From Mytilus galloprovincialis (lineage: Eukaryota), in NCBI RefSeq assembly GCF_965363235.1, contig NC_134847.1, positions 69,910,935 through 69,974,934 of the forward strand: a stretch of 64,000 nt of DNA, written 5' to 3'. Both the position numbers and the translations under genes were made by a program. Below the pieces are notes generated by a model. That model ran no database searches. It was not told the DNA's origin and saw only the letters and a program-made list of their open reading frames with translations. This document shows, one piece after another, positions 11,701-24,240 of the stretch; positions within the stretch are counted from its first letter, which is position 1, and each line of letters begins with the position of its first letter.

Positions 11701-14443
11701 TCAAGGACCAACATTTGACAAAAACACTCACACAGCAGCAATAACCTTGCTAGAAATAACTTCTGATCAAGTTTCGAATTCTCCGATTACCAATGACAAC
11801 ACGACGAAAACGTTGGATAGTTTAGCGAGCACAGTAAATACAGTGAAAACACCGGCATCCATTTCTGACACTGAGACTATTGGGACTAGCATAAATGATA
11901 CGACTTTGACAGACGCAACAACTGATGAAAATACTGTTACAACTACCAAACATATGTCTCTTAACATTGGCACTTCTACCAAGACTATTAGTACAACCGC
12001 AGAAATACAGTTGACAAACACAGAAAGTACATCTTTTGTCTCTGAGACTCGTGGATCACCACCTGACGAAACCACTCACACAGCAGCCACAAACTTGCTA
12101 GAGACAACCACTGATCAATCTACGGTCTCTTCGATTACTAATTACAAATGGACAAAAACGATGGAACCCTCAGCTAGACCAGAAACGCCAACAAAAACGT
12201 CTACGTCCATATCTGACTCTCAAACGATCGGCTTTGCAACAGAAGATACTACGGCGACAGACACAACAACTAGTAAAGCTATTGACACAGACCTTAATAC
12301 CATTCAACTTACCTCGATGTCTAATACTGCTGGCATTACCACTAAGATTGTTGGTAGTATTACCGATAAACATTTGACAAACACAGAAGGTACAACTACT
12401 CTTTCTGAGACTCATGAACCAACATCTGACGAAACATTTTTCACAGCAGCAGCAACCCTGCTAAAGACCACAGCTGATCAAACTTCGGTCTCTCCGATTA
12501 CTAATGATAAACCAAGTCAAACGACGGAAATCATATCTAGCTCAATAACGCCTACGTCCATATTTGACACTCGGACGATCGGCTTTACAACAGATGATAC
12601 TCCGATGACAGACACAACCAGTGAAGCTACTGTAACAGCTGCAAAAACCATCAAACTTACCTCGATGTCTAATACTGTTGGCACAACCACAAGGAACATT
12701 GGTACTACTAGTATCACCGATAATTATTTAAAAAACACACAAGGTACAACTTCTGTTTCTGAGATTCATGGACCAATATCTGACGAAACAACTTACACAG
12801 CAGCAATAACCCTGCTAAAGACCACCGCTGATCAAGCTTCGGTATCTCCGATTACTATTAATAAACCGACGGAAACGACGGAAACCATAGCTAGCTCGAA
12901 AACGCCAACAAAAACGTCTATATCCATATCTGGTACTCAAACGATCGGCTTTAAAACAGATGATACTACGATGATAGAAAAAACAAATAGTGACGCTACT
13001 GACAAATCCGCCAAAACCATCCAACTTACATTGATATATAATACTGTTGGCATAATTACAAGGAACATTGGTACTATCACCGATAATTATTTAACAAACA
13101 CACAAGGTACAACTACTGTTTCTGAGATTCATGGACCAATATCTGACGAAACAACTTACACAGCAGCAACAACCCTGCTAAAGACCACTGCTGATCAAGC
13201 TACGGTCTCTCCGATTACTAATGATAAACCGACGGAAACGACGGAAACCATAGCAAGCTCTAAAACGCCAACAAAATCATCTACATTCATATATGACACT
13301 CAAACGATCGGCTTTACAACATATGATACTACGATGACAGACAAAACAACTAGTGACGCTACTGACACACCCGCAAAAACCATCCAACTTACCTCAATAT
13401 CTAACACTATTGGCCTTACCACTAGGCCTATTGGTTCTATCAGCGAGAAACATGTAACAAACACTAAAGGTACAACTACTGTTTCTGAGATTCATGGACC
13501 AATATCTGACGAAACAACTTACACAGCAGCAACAACCCTGCTAAAGACCACTGCTGATCAAGCTACGGTCTCTCCGATTACTAATGATAAACCGACGGAA
13601 ACGACGGAAACCATAGCAAGCTCTAAAACGCCAACAAAATCATCTACATTCATATATGACACTCAAACGATCGGCTTTACAACATATGATACTACGATGA
13701 CAGACAAAACAACTAGTGACGCTACTGACACACCCGCAAAAACCATCCAACTTACCTCAATATCTAACACTATTGGCCTTACCACTAGGCCTATTGGTTC
13801 TATCAGCGAGAAACATGTAACAAACACTAAAGGTACAACTACTGTTTCTGAGATTCATGGACCAATATCTGACGAAACAACTTACACAGCAGCAACAACC
13901 CTGCTAAAGACCACTGCTGATCAAGCTACGGTCTCTCCGATTACTAATGATAAACCGACGGAAACGACGGAAACCATAGCAAGCTCTAAAACGCCAACAA
14001 AATCATCTACATTCATATATGACACTCAAACGATCGGCTTTACAACATATGATACTACGATGACAGACAAAACAACTAGTGACGCTACTGACACACCCGC
14101 AAAAACCATCCAACTTATCTCAATATCTAACACTATTGGCCTTACCACTAGGCCTATTGGTTCTATCAGCGAGAAACATGTAACAAACACTAAAGATACA
14201 ACTACTGTTTCTGAGGCTCATGGATCAATATCTGACGATTCAACTCACACAGCAGCAACAACTCTGCTAAAGACCACCGCTGATCAAGCTTCGGTCTCTC
14301 CGATTATTAATGATAAACCGACGGAAACGACGAAAACAATATCTAGCTCGGAAACGCCAACAAAAACGTCTACATCCATATCTGACACTCAAACGATCGG
14401 CTTTAAAACAGATGATACAACGATGATAGAAAAAAACAACTAG
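8727..14443 (+). CDS. Mucin-like gene exon 3: about nineteen tandem 121-aa (363-bp) Thr/Ser-rich repeats, ending at TAG 14441-14443.
   Basis: Acceptor ctctttttcag at 8726 and phase-1 entry. Long open frame of 8702..14443. Repeat unit ...TNTEGTTVSETHGPxSDETTYTAATTLLKTTADQASVSPITNDKPTETTETIASS.TPTK.S.SISDTQTIGFTTDDTT.TD.TTS.AT.TAAKTI.LTS.SN.VGTT. The last three units (13141-14229) are identical. Confidence 0.75.
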
Positions 14444-15650
14444 TGACGCTACTGACACATCCGCCAAAACCATCCAACTTACCTCAATATCTAATACTGT
14501 CGGCATAATTACAAGGAACATTGGTACTATCACAGATAATTATTTAACAAACACACAAGGTACAACTACTGTTTCTGAGATTCATGGACCAATATCTGAC
14601 GAAACAACTTACACAGCAGCAACAACCCTGCTAAAGACCACTGCTGATCAAGCTACGGTCTCTCTGATTACTAATGATAAACCGACGGAAACGACGGAAA
14701 CCATAGCAAGCTCGAAAACGCCAACACAAACATCTACATTCATATATGACAATCAAACGATCGGCTTTACAACATATGATACTACGATGACAGACAAAAC
14801 AACTAGTGACCCTACTGACACAACCGCAAAAACCATCTAACTAACCTCGATATCTAATAATGTTGGCTTAACCACTAGGACCATTGGTTCTATCAGCGAG
14901 AAACATGTAACAACCACTAAAGGTACAGCTACTGTTTCTGTGACTCTTGGACCAATATCTGACGAAACAACTTACACAGCAGCAACAACCCTGGTAAAGA
15001 CCACCGCTGGTCAAGCTTCGGTCTCTCCGATTACTAATGATAAACCATCGGAAATCATAGCTAGCTCGGAAACTCAAACAAAACCGTCTACATTCATATA
15101 TGACACTCCAACGATCGGCTTTACAACAGATGATACTACGATGACATACACAACAACTAGCGAAGCTACTGTAAAAGCTGAAAAAACATCCAACTTACCC
15201 CGATATCTAATACTGTTGGCATAACCCCAAGGACCATTGGTACTATCACTGATAATTATTTAACAATAAATCGACGGTAACGACAGAATTAATAGCTAGC
15301 TCGGAAACAGCAACAAAAATGTCTACATTCATAATTGACATTCAGACGATCAGATTTACAACAGATGATACTACGATTACAGACACAACAACTAGCGAAA
15401 CTAGTATAACAGCAGCAAAAACCATCTAACTTATCTCGATATTTAATACTACTGGCATAACCACTAGGACCATTGGTAATATTACCGATACACATTTGAC
15501 AAACACAGAAGGTACAACTACTGTTCCTCAGCCTCACGAACCAACATGTGACGAAACTACTTACACAGCAGCAACAACCCTGCTAAAGACCACCGTTGGT
15601 CATGCTTCGGTCTCTCCGAATACTAATGATAAACCGACCAAAAGACCAAC
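14444..15650 (+). pseudogene. Decayed continuation of the mucin repeat array (about 3.3 more units) with frameshifts and stops.
   Basis: The same 363-bp unit continues. The frame shifts by +1 after an A6 to A7 change at about 14430. An in-repeat TAA (accatcTaactaacc) lies near 14836. ORF 14940..15224 is a residual in-frame piece. Confidence 0.5.
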
Positions 15651-15655
15651 AAAGT

Positions 15656-16040
15656 GAAAAAGTATATTTAAACAAAACGCATTTGACTAAAAGGTCGAAT
15701 ATATATATACAAGTCTAAATTGAAAACTACGTTCAAACCTCTGATTGCGTTTGATAAAAACCGCAATTTTTATACGTGTGCATGTAAAACAAGTTTCGTT
15801 GTAGAAGGGTCTAAATACAGTATATATATATTAGTCAAATGCGTTTTGTTTAAATATACTTTTTTCACTTTTTTGGTCTTTTGGAAAATGTTGTTTTTGC
15901 TGTATTTAGACCATTCTACAACGAAATTTGTTTTACATGCACACGTATAAAAATTGCGGTTTTTATCCAACGGAATCATAGGTTTGAACGTAGTTTTCAA
16001 TTTAGACTCGTTTATATCAGGAACATATATATTAACCATG
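15656..16040. repeat. Compound palindromic hairpin element. Arms 15716-15850 and 15900-16036 are inverted; an inner pair 15656-15690 and 15832-15866 is also inverted.
   Basis: +ORF 15720..15950 and -ORF 15770..16039 give near-identical peptides (KTTFKP..DKNRNFYTCACKT), which is the signature of inverted arms. Confidence 0.6.
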
Positions 16041-16379
16041 TTTATGATATACTGTTCCCAGTTTATTTATATATATATATTGCTAGATCAAAACCATATT
16101 TTATCTATATACAATGTATATACACAATAAAAAAAAAGTTTATGAAATTATTGTATAAAATATGTTTAGATTTTAAATTATTTCCCTAGTATGTGCCTTC
16201 TTGTAAAAGATTATGCAAAAACTGCAAACAAATTGAAGATCATATTCATTTCTTTTTGTATTTTAATAGAAACCATAATAATAGAAAAGTTTATTTTGAT
16301 TTTTTGATAAATGAGAATATGCACTTTATAAATTTATATGACATAGATAAAATAATATATATACTCAACCCAAGATAAC

Positions 16380-18527
16380 ACATGCATATTAAGCTAGGAT
16401 CCCTTTTAACACAGTCTCGTGAGTCTATTGAACTGAAGACAGGGGACTCTCGTTTAAAAGAACTTGATAAAAAGCTAGAAGATGCTGAAAAAAATAAATG
16501 TTTCAATGATCTAGATTTTCCAATAAAGGACTCAGAAATATATTCTGCTATTGGTAGATTAAAAATGGATAAAGCTCCTGGATTAGATCATATTAGCAAC
16601 AACATTTTTAAAAGAGGCCAAATTTTCTTAACAAAATGTTTAATTAAATTGTTTAATACCAGTTTATTATATGGTTTATATCCTTAATCATGGGCGGAAA
16701 GATATATAAAAAAATGCATAAAGGTGGCGATAAAGATGAACAAAGTAACTATAGAGGCCTGACAATCACCAGCTGTGTTGGTAAATTATTCAATTGCATA
16801 TTAAACTCTAGATTGGATAATATTTTAATAAAGCATAATAGATGACTCTCAGATTGGTTTCACAAAAAAGGCTAGAACATCTGACCATATATTTATATTA
16901 AAATGCATTATTGATAAATACTGTTCACATATGATATTAAAGGATGGTAGAGTGTTTGTCTGCTTTGTTGATTTAAGAAAGGCTTTTGACACTGTAATTC
17001 ATACAGGATTAAGACTTAAACTCTTAGAAATAGGGGTTGGTACTAAATTTTATAATGTTATTAAGAATATGTACTCTGTAAGTAAATCTTGTATAAAAAC
17101 AAGTAACACTGCTCGCATTGAAATGTTTGATAGTAAATTGGGAGTTAAGCAAGGCGACAACCTAAGTTCTAACTTGTTCAAAATATTTATTAATGACCTT
17201 CCTTCATTACTGAAACAAACATCAGATCCAATTATACTAAACTCTCGGCATATACATTGTTTGATGTATGCAGATGATATTTTTCTGCTCTCTTCCTCAT
17301 CGCATGGTCTTCAACAAAAACTAGATAATTTAGACATGTTAGATAAGTTTTGCAAACAGTGGTGTCTTACTGTAAATTTATCTGAAACCAAAGTACTTAT
17401 ATTCAATAAGGCAGGCAGACATCTCAAATATAATTTCAAATACAATGGAAAAATTGTTGAATGTGTAACCGAATGTAAATATCTTAGCATTACTTTTTGT
17501 TCATCTGGATCTTTCTCCAGACCTATGCTCAAAATGAACTTTATCAGAAGGGTCTAAAGGCTTATTTTAAACTGTGCAAGGAATTTATTTCTCACTGTCC
17601 TTCACCTTAAATCTCATTACATGTATTCGATCATTCTATTATGCCAATATTATTATATGGTTGTGAAACTTTGGGTTATTTTAATCCCTTTACAACAAGA
17701 TTGAAAAAAAAACCCTGATTTGTCCTTTGATGAAATTTATAAAAGAGTTAAATGTGGAAAAATGCATGTTAAATTATGTAAATTTGTTTTGGTTGTGGGA
17801 AAAAGAGTACACATTTTGCCTCCTTGTCATAACTTGGCAGATTAACCACACATTTTAATATCGTCAGTTCAATGCTTAAATATTGGCACTGTTTAGAAAA
17901 TTTACATAATCAATTTCCAATTCTAAAAGATGTCTATTTAACTTCCATAGAGTTGTACGAAAATAAACATCCTTCTTGGTATGGCTCTGTTTATATACAG
18001 AAAAACAGAATTTTTGATAACCATACTGACTTAACATGCTTAGAGTCAATGAAAACAAATAGTTTTAAGAAGACATGTAAAAAAATATATGAAAATTCAT
18101 TATATTAATCTTTGGCAAAAAAAAAAAAAAAACCATCATTATCAGACGGCAAACTGTGTACATACTTCAAGTTTAAACAAAATTTTGGATTTGAAAATTA
18201 TTTGAATATATTATAAAAGATTTTGGGCAGAGGAGAATTTTCACCAGATTCAGAATATCACCTCATAGACGTCAAAATGTTCAAATAGAGTTGGGAAGAT
18301 GTCAAGGTATTATCAGGCAAAATAGATTGTGTGTTCATTGCACATCTGGCAAGGTAGAAGATGAGATCCATTTTTTACTAACATGTACAAAGTATAAAGT
18401 TGAACGTTATGATCTTATAAATGCTATTTGTCCTAATTTTACCCAATTACAAAATCCTGAAAAATTTATTTGGATGATGAATAATGAAGATCATGAAATA
18501 TATGTAAAATTTGCTGTCGTATAGCCA
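16380..18527 (+). mobile_element. 5'-truncated, frameshifted non-LTR retrotransposon (LINE ORF2: RT domains, thumb, C-terminal CCHC). CR1/L2-like.
   Basis: KAPGLDHISNNIFK. YRGLTITSCVGKLF (other frame). FVDLRKAFDTV. MYADDIFLLS. SIMPILLYGCETLG. C-terminal RLCVHCTSGKVEDEIHFLLTCTKYKVER (18291..18524). No endonuclease region. Confidence 0.7.
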
Positions 18528-19372
18528 AACATGAACATACTAATTAAAGAGTAGTGGGACTTTGTCACTTCACTTGCACCTGCATGCTACTGCTATGCTA
18601 GAGTGTTGACTATGTATATATATACATTTGTAAATATAATTACACACGATTTTGGATGCCAAAACCTTATAGTATCATCCCTTGGTGAATTCTGCATTAA
18701 AGTGAACAATTTTTTTTTACTTTTGTGCACTAGTCACGAGGGGGTTAAGACGGTATCTAAAATTCCACTTACTAACATGTCCAAGCGCATTTGCCCTTGT
18801 TCTCTTTTCCATTTTAGTGACTTGTATTATTTATTCCTTCAACTTATTTTTCTGGATAAGAGACAAGGTGGACCTCTGTTAGCCAACTATTTCCATTCTC
18901 AATTTACAATGATTTAATATGGTGAATTAATAAATTTTTTAACTATTTTTGCTGGCACTCTGGCATGGCAGAAAAACAAAAGATTTGAAACTTTGAAAGA
19001 ACTAAAATAACTGTTAAATAATAACAATAACAATAGTTTTGTGTTGTGATATTTTATATGATTATATAAGGTCATCTGCAAATAATAATTTAGCTGTTGT
19101 ACGACCGAAGAAAAATTCAATGAAGAAATCTTTTGCATATAGATCATCTATACTTTGGAATAAACTACCAAATGAAATAAAAATGTTGTGAAAACCTGGA
19201 CACTTTTAAACAAAATGTGTTGATTTCTTGACTATAAATGATTTATAACAACTTACTCAAATATTCTAATGATTTGTATGTTAAGTATATATATATCAAT
19301 GAATTTATTTTTCTCTTGTTCTACAGACAGTTTATAGTTAGTATCAGAGACATATTATACATGATATATATG

Positions 19373-20110
19373 TTCCAGACCGTATGAGTATTTGGACCGT
19401 ATGCGTATATTTTCAAAATGCGCATACGGTCGGACCGTACGCGTACGGTCTGACTAATATTAAGAAGTTGGTCACGTTTATCAGATACAAATGTATATAA
19501 CAGATCAACATAGCTTACATCTCAAATTAATGTAAAAAGTTCAATAGTAATTGAAATAAAACAAAATAATGTTATAACTATTTTAAAAAATCACGTTTAC
19601 TTAATCTGTTAATCTCCTGTATTTAGCATGTCAGTAATTCATATATTGAAGCCAAGTATGCTAATTAAAATTGAAGTTATCGGAAGTAAACTTAGAGTGG
19701 GAAGACAATCGTTTTAGAATATTAAGGAACTTTACAAAAAAAAAAATGCAAAGCAACGTGCATGAACAAATTATGTTACTGTAAAAAAAAATATGACGTT
19801 CTTTGTGGAAGTCAGTGTCACCTTGAGTACCAAAATAGGAATCACGGATATAAAAATAAACACATATTTAATTTCAATTGTTCGCTTAATCATTTCATCC
19901 ATATACATGTAATAAAATCAATTTGTATAACTAAAAATAATGATTTTGATAAATATTTGTTTAAATTTAACCAATATGATCCCAAAACATCAGCTGGACC
20001 GTACGCGTATACTCATACGGTCCGACCGTACGCGTATGGTCGGACCGTACGAGTATACGTATACGGTCCGGACCGTACGCGTACGGTCCAAATACTCATA
20101 TGGTCTGGAA
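19373..20110. mobile_element. Foldback element of about 740 bp. Arms of about 90-125 bp are built from GGACCGTACGCGTA-type subrepeats; the centre is AT-rich.
   Basis: Left start ttccagaccgtatgagtatttggaccgta and right end tacggtccaaatactcatatggtctggaa are reverse complements. Subrepeats occur at 19396-19450 and 19990-20085. Confidence 0.65.
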
Positions 20111-20214
20111 CATATACACATGTGTATATATGTCTCTGTTAGTATGAATAGTGCATTTACATAATATGTTAGAAACTGTAAGCTTTGTAATATTTGTACT
20201 GTTTGTTCTTTGTG

Positions 20215-20770
20215 AGGGCCTCAAGGTAGATTAGCGAAAGCTAATTGAGTCACCCTCTGTTCACGGGGGGTTACTTCCTATTATTGGGTATACGGGGATG
20301 TGCCAAAAATATGGGTCATAATTTTGCGAGATTTTATATTAAAATGACCCTCCTTTTTAATGACATCCTTTATTAAAATACATTTACGTTTGATAACTGT
20401 ATATTGATTTCGGGTATGATCTGCATATCATACATATAAATATGCTATTTAGAATCTTACATATAAATGGTCAATTAATTTATTATATCAAATTAAATCA
20501 ATTCATTTGAAAGTTCACCTCTCAAATAAGTTCCCAAATGAACTCCGGAAATTTGTCTCCTGATTTGATGAGTTAGTGCTTATATAAGCATGTGTCATGT
20601 ATCAAATAAAATATTGTATATAAGTATAGGTCATTCTTTCTTAAATATTTATATAACTATAGGTACTGAATTTCAGTGAATGTTATATTAAAATGGGTAC
20701 GTTTTTTTAAGGCAGAAATGGCACACCCCTACCAAAAAAATATCGAAGTTACCCCCCCGTGCCTCTGTTA
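20215..20770. repeat. Possible MITE bounded by imperfect inverted repeats (ttcacggggggttacttcc / gaagttacccccccgtgcc).
   Basis: Inverted G7/C7-centred motifs at 20262-20280 and 20741-20760. Internal hairpin gggtcataattttgcgagattttatattaaaatgaccc. Confidence 0.3.
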
Positions 20771-20780
20771 AATAAAGTCA

Positions 20781-20811
<31 letters not shown>

Positions 20812-20812
20812 T
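20781..20812. repeat. (ACTT)8 microsatellite.
   Basis: Read directly from the sequence. Confidence 0.85.
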
Positions 20813-21589
20813 TATATAAATTAATATTACCTCATCCTCTTCATGTGAATTATAATTTTAATTTTATCTTCATTATATGTTTATGTGTTAAGAATCAGAA
20901 TGTATTGTGTATTGTTGTCATAAATGTCCCGTCAGGGCCCTTAATTGGAAAATAAAGAACTTTGAACTTTGAACTTTGTAGTAAAATAAATCAACTATAG
21001 ATCATTGTTATTTTTAGAACAGGAAGTCATTCGACGGTTAACCTAAACATTAAAAAAATTTCCCGATCACTGTCACATATTTTACAAAAAACGCAGTTAT
21101 TGTATTCATCATGACGGGGACCTGTTGAAGCAAAATATGCTGCATTAATCAAACAGCAACGAGAAATTTGTTAAAGTTAACAACTAATTTGCATAGGTAG
21201 ATATTGAATTACAAATGATCAAAAACAGCAAAATTCTAGGGATTTTCAAAATATTTCAATATTTACTTTTAGGGAAGGACAGGAAAATATTCATATAAAT
21301 TTTCATTCTATCCTAGGACAATCGTCCAATGGAACCTTTTACCAATTACTGCTGTCCAATGCACCACAGTTGAAGCATTCAGAGAACAGATTCCTATATC
21401 TGTTCTCAACCAATACTACACCATGTAATGTAACACCTTGTAAATAGTTTTATCTTATATGTACAGTGAAAATCAAAAACAAGTTATTATTTCTTTATTA
21501 ATTTTTTTTAATGTAAGTATAAAATTGTAAATTTTACCCCCGCATGCATGGCACATAGTTATCAATATTATGATGGAGTGCAGAAACTA

Positions 21590-21995
21590 AAAGAAGAAGA
21601 AAAGGGGGGGTAGTGGCAGGGTGGGTATCAGCTCTGTTCACACCCAATACACTTTCGCACCCTACACGTTCGCACCTCCCACATTCGCACCCAAAGTCCG
21701 TTCGCACCCTACACTTTCTCACCCAATTTTAAAGCAAATTCTAGTTGAATAATTAGAAAATCATGATTGTTGTTTAAACAGAGTGGCTATTTTTATTAGG
21801 GTGTACCACTGACTGCTTTAGAAAGGGGAGGGACTCCAAGCTTCAGTGATTCCTTCAATAATCAACCATTTTTTTCAACAAAATAAGGGGCTGGGCACCC
21901 TGGTGAATCCGGGTCTGTTCGCGCCCATTCACTTTCGCGCCCAGTCTCATTCTCACCCTTTCACTCTCACACCCTACACATTCGCGCCCAATTTT
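21590..21995. repeat. Two blocks, 21600-21725 and 21900-21995, of a 13-20-bp minisatellite (CACWTTCGCRCCC), each preceded by a G-rich lead (gggtatcagctctgttc / ccgggtctgttc).
   Basis: Read directly. This is a local duplication of a lead-plus-array unit about 300 bp apart. Confidence 0.5.
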
Positions 21996-23762
21996 TTATT
22001 GGTTTTGTGTTTAATGACTTTGTAATCAAGTTTTGGCATGCACATTGCAATGGCCGGACAAATAGCCCTGGCAATTAATTTTGGTGAGGTTCGTTTTCAT
22101 TATCTAATGGGTTAAATACTTAATGCAAATTTTTCCATTTTAATTTGGTTAGAATACATTGCAAACTTTTCAAGAAATATTTTTCTTCATGATCACCTCG
22201 TCAGAAATTTAAAATAAGCATGAATAATATCATGGCCAAATAAACAATAAAACTTAAGACATAATTCTGCATCTTATGGTATCTATTTTATAAAAATCAC
22301 TCAAAGAGCGACTTGGTAATAATTTTTTGAAAATATTGATTTTAGTTGAAATAATAGGACATTTTTTGAGTGGTAACTCACTTTTGTCCGAGGACTGTAT
22401 ATTCTAATGGGAGAAATTCCGGTCACAAGGTCATGTAGTGAGGACATAATAAAGGTAACAGTAATTGTTGGTGCATGATGTTAAAATGTACTTTATTTTT
22501 AATGATAAAAAAATCGACCGATTTTGACAAATCACTTAAAAAAATTCAAATATGACTGTTATGATTATTATTTGGGACTTCTGACTAATCACAATAAGGA
22601 TATATGTAGACAAATCACAGTAAAATTTAACCAATTTGATGCTAATGGTAGCCAGAAATTACCGTTGGACATCCTTTTGGTAAAGGGAATTTACTACCCT
22701 CATGGTAGCTACATGTAGGTAGGCATTTTTGGGTTTTTTTTTAATGGCAAACTCAAGTCAGATATTTTTTAGTCTTCATGAGTAGAAGAAAAAAACTTTA
22801 TCACATCAGTACAATAAAAGATTTTGAGTAGGCAGCTATTTTCTAGGTAGGTAAACATATATGCATTTATGGCCTTATTAAAAAAATTTGTATTTTTAGC
22901 TGCACTAGTCAGTATAAGATAAATGTAATTGTTGCTCTATTTTTACTCGTATAACAATCTTGTTTGAGTGCACACACCTAATGTAATTGCTTTCACTCTA
23001 AGCAAATGCTAAGGAAACTTCACTATATTAATTGAAGTTATATAGAGTCCACTAGTGATGGGAGTGGATTCTGTCAGAAAATTTCAATTGAAAAAATGCC
23101 AGGGAAAATTTCAATTGAAAAAATTTCCAGGGAAATTATTAAGTTGTGATTTCTAATGTTTAATTTCAAATACCTTTCAAGGAAGACATTTATTACCCTT
23201 GCCACCCCCACCTCAAATACCAACATACCCACCCTTTACACCTCAACTCATACTTTCTAACTTGATTAGTACTTGCTATGCTCCTAAGAGAGGAATTATA
23301 TAAACAAACAATGCACAGGAATAGAAAGTTTTAAAGAAAAAAATTGGATAATCGGGAGAAAAGGGTTTGAGAAAAAGAACATGTAAAAAAAGTAATATGT
23401 TGTTGGATGTAAGATCATATATATTGTGAATTAAAGCAATTGATGCCATTTCTATATATAACTTTATTCAGTAGAATAATAAGTTACAAAGTCTTAATAA
23501 TTAATTTGTTCATAACTATTTTAAATGTTTCTTTGTACATGTATAAGCCAAACTATCAAACTAAAATTTATACCATAACTGCACATATACATTTTTTTTT
23601 TATTTGCAGTCAATTAAAGTAGAATCACATAGAGTATCTTTTCGGATGAGAATTTGGAACAATTGTAGCTGTAACAGGTATATCTTTTCATATTATCCAT
23701 CTTCTTTTCAAGCCTGTTCACATAGACACATACTCTTAAACGTCTCTTTATTTTCTCAATTA

Positions 23763-23900
23763 AAAGATGATGTGGTATGATTGCCAATGAGTCGACTATC
23801 CACCAATGACCATAAGTGACATGTATTTATGCAGGCCTGTAGATCATTGCTTGGCCTTTAACAATGATTATCATCCTGTGTGCAATTCCAAGACCAGCAT
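23763..23900 (+). mobile_element. SINE-like family fragment (AAGATGATGTGGTATGATTGCCAATGAG head) about 90 bp upstream of PARP4-like exon 1.
   Basis: The head motif matches copies at 2886, 36700, 49295 and 60676. Confidence 0.45.
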
Positions 23901-23989
23901 ACTTCTATGAGTCTATTTATTTGGTATCTCTATCATGAATGGTTTATAATCAGTGTGTTTGATCCATGATTTTTTTCTTCAGATAAAAG

Positions 23990-24118
23990 ATGTCGATATT
24001 TAGTGATTGTCAAATTGTCCTTGATTTGACAACCAGTGTCAACTTTAAGAAAAAGACAGAAATCAGGAAAAAGATAACTAATAATGGAGGAGTTATATCA
24101 TATATTGTCACTAAAAAG
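23990..24118 (+). CDS. PARP4: PARP4-like exon 1: start codon and N-terminal half of the BRCT domain.
   Basis: MSIFSDCQIVLDLTTSVNFKKKTEIRKKITNNGGVISYIVTKK parallels the vault-PARP N-terminus (IF.NC.F.L...KK...I..NGG..S). Donor AAG|GTAAAC at 24119. Phase 0 joins exon 2 at 34164. Confidence 0.6.
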
Positions 24119-24175
24119 GTAAACATCATAGAACTCGCCATTTACCAATTTCCAGATTTTAGAATTTTATACTAA

Positions 24176-24240
24176 GAAGATGTGGGGTATGATTACAATG
24201 CGAAAACTATAATCCAACAGAATTCAAATGACCAATATAA
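24176..24240 (+). mobile_element. SINE-like family fragment (head only).
   Basis: gaagatgtggggtatgattacaatgcgaaaac. Confidence 0.35.

Noticed and set aside
9716-15537. A dozen minus-strand ORFs of 66-109 aa that are Cys/Arg/Ser-rich, lying across the mucin exon.
   Set aside because: They are antisense read-through of ACN/TCN Thr/Ser codons (NGT/NGA gives Cys/Ser/Arg). They repeat with the same 363-bp period and have no independent start or splice signals.
18117-18133. A16 tract as the LINE 3' poly(A) tail.
   Set aside because: The LINE C-terminal CCHC module (18291..18524) lies downstream of it in the same element, so the tract is internal.
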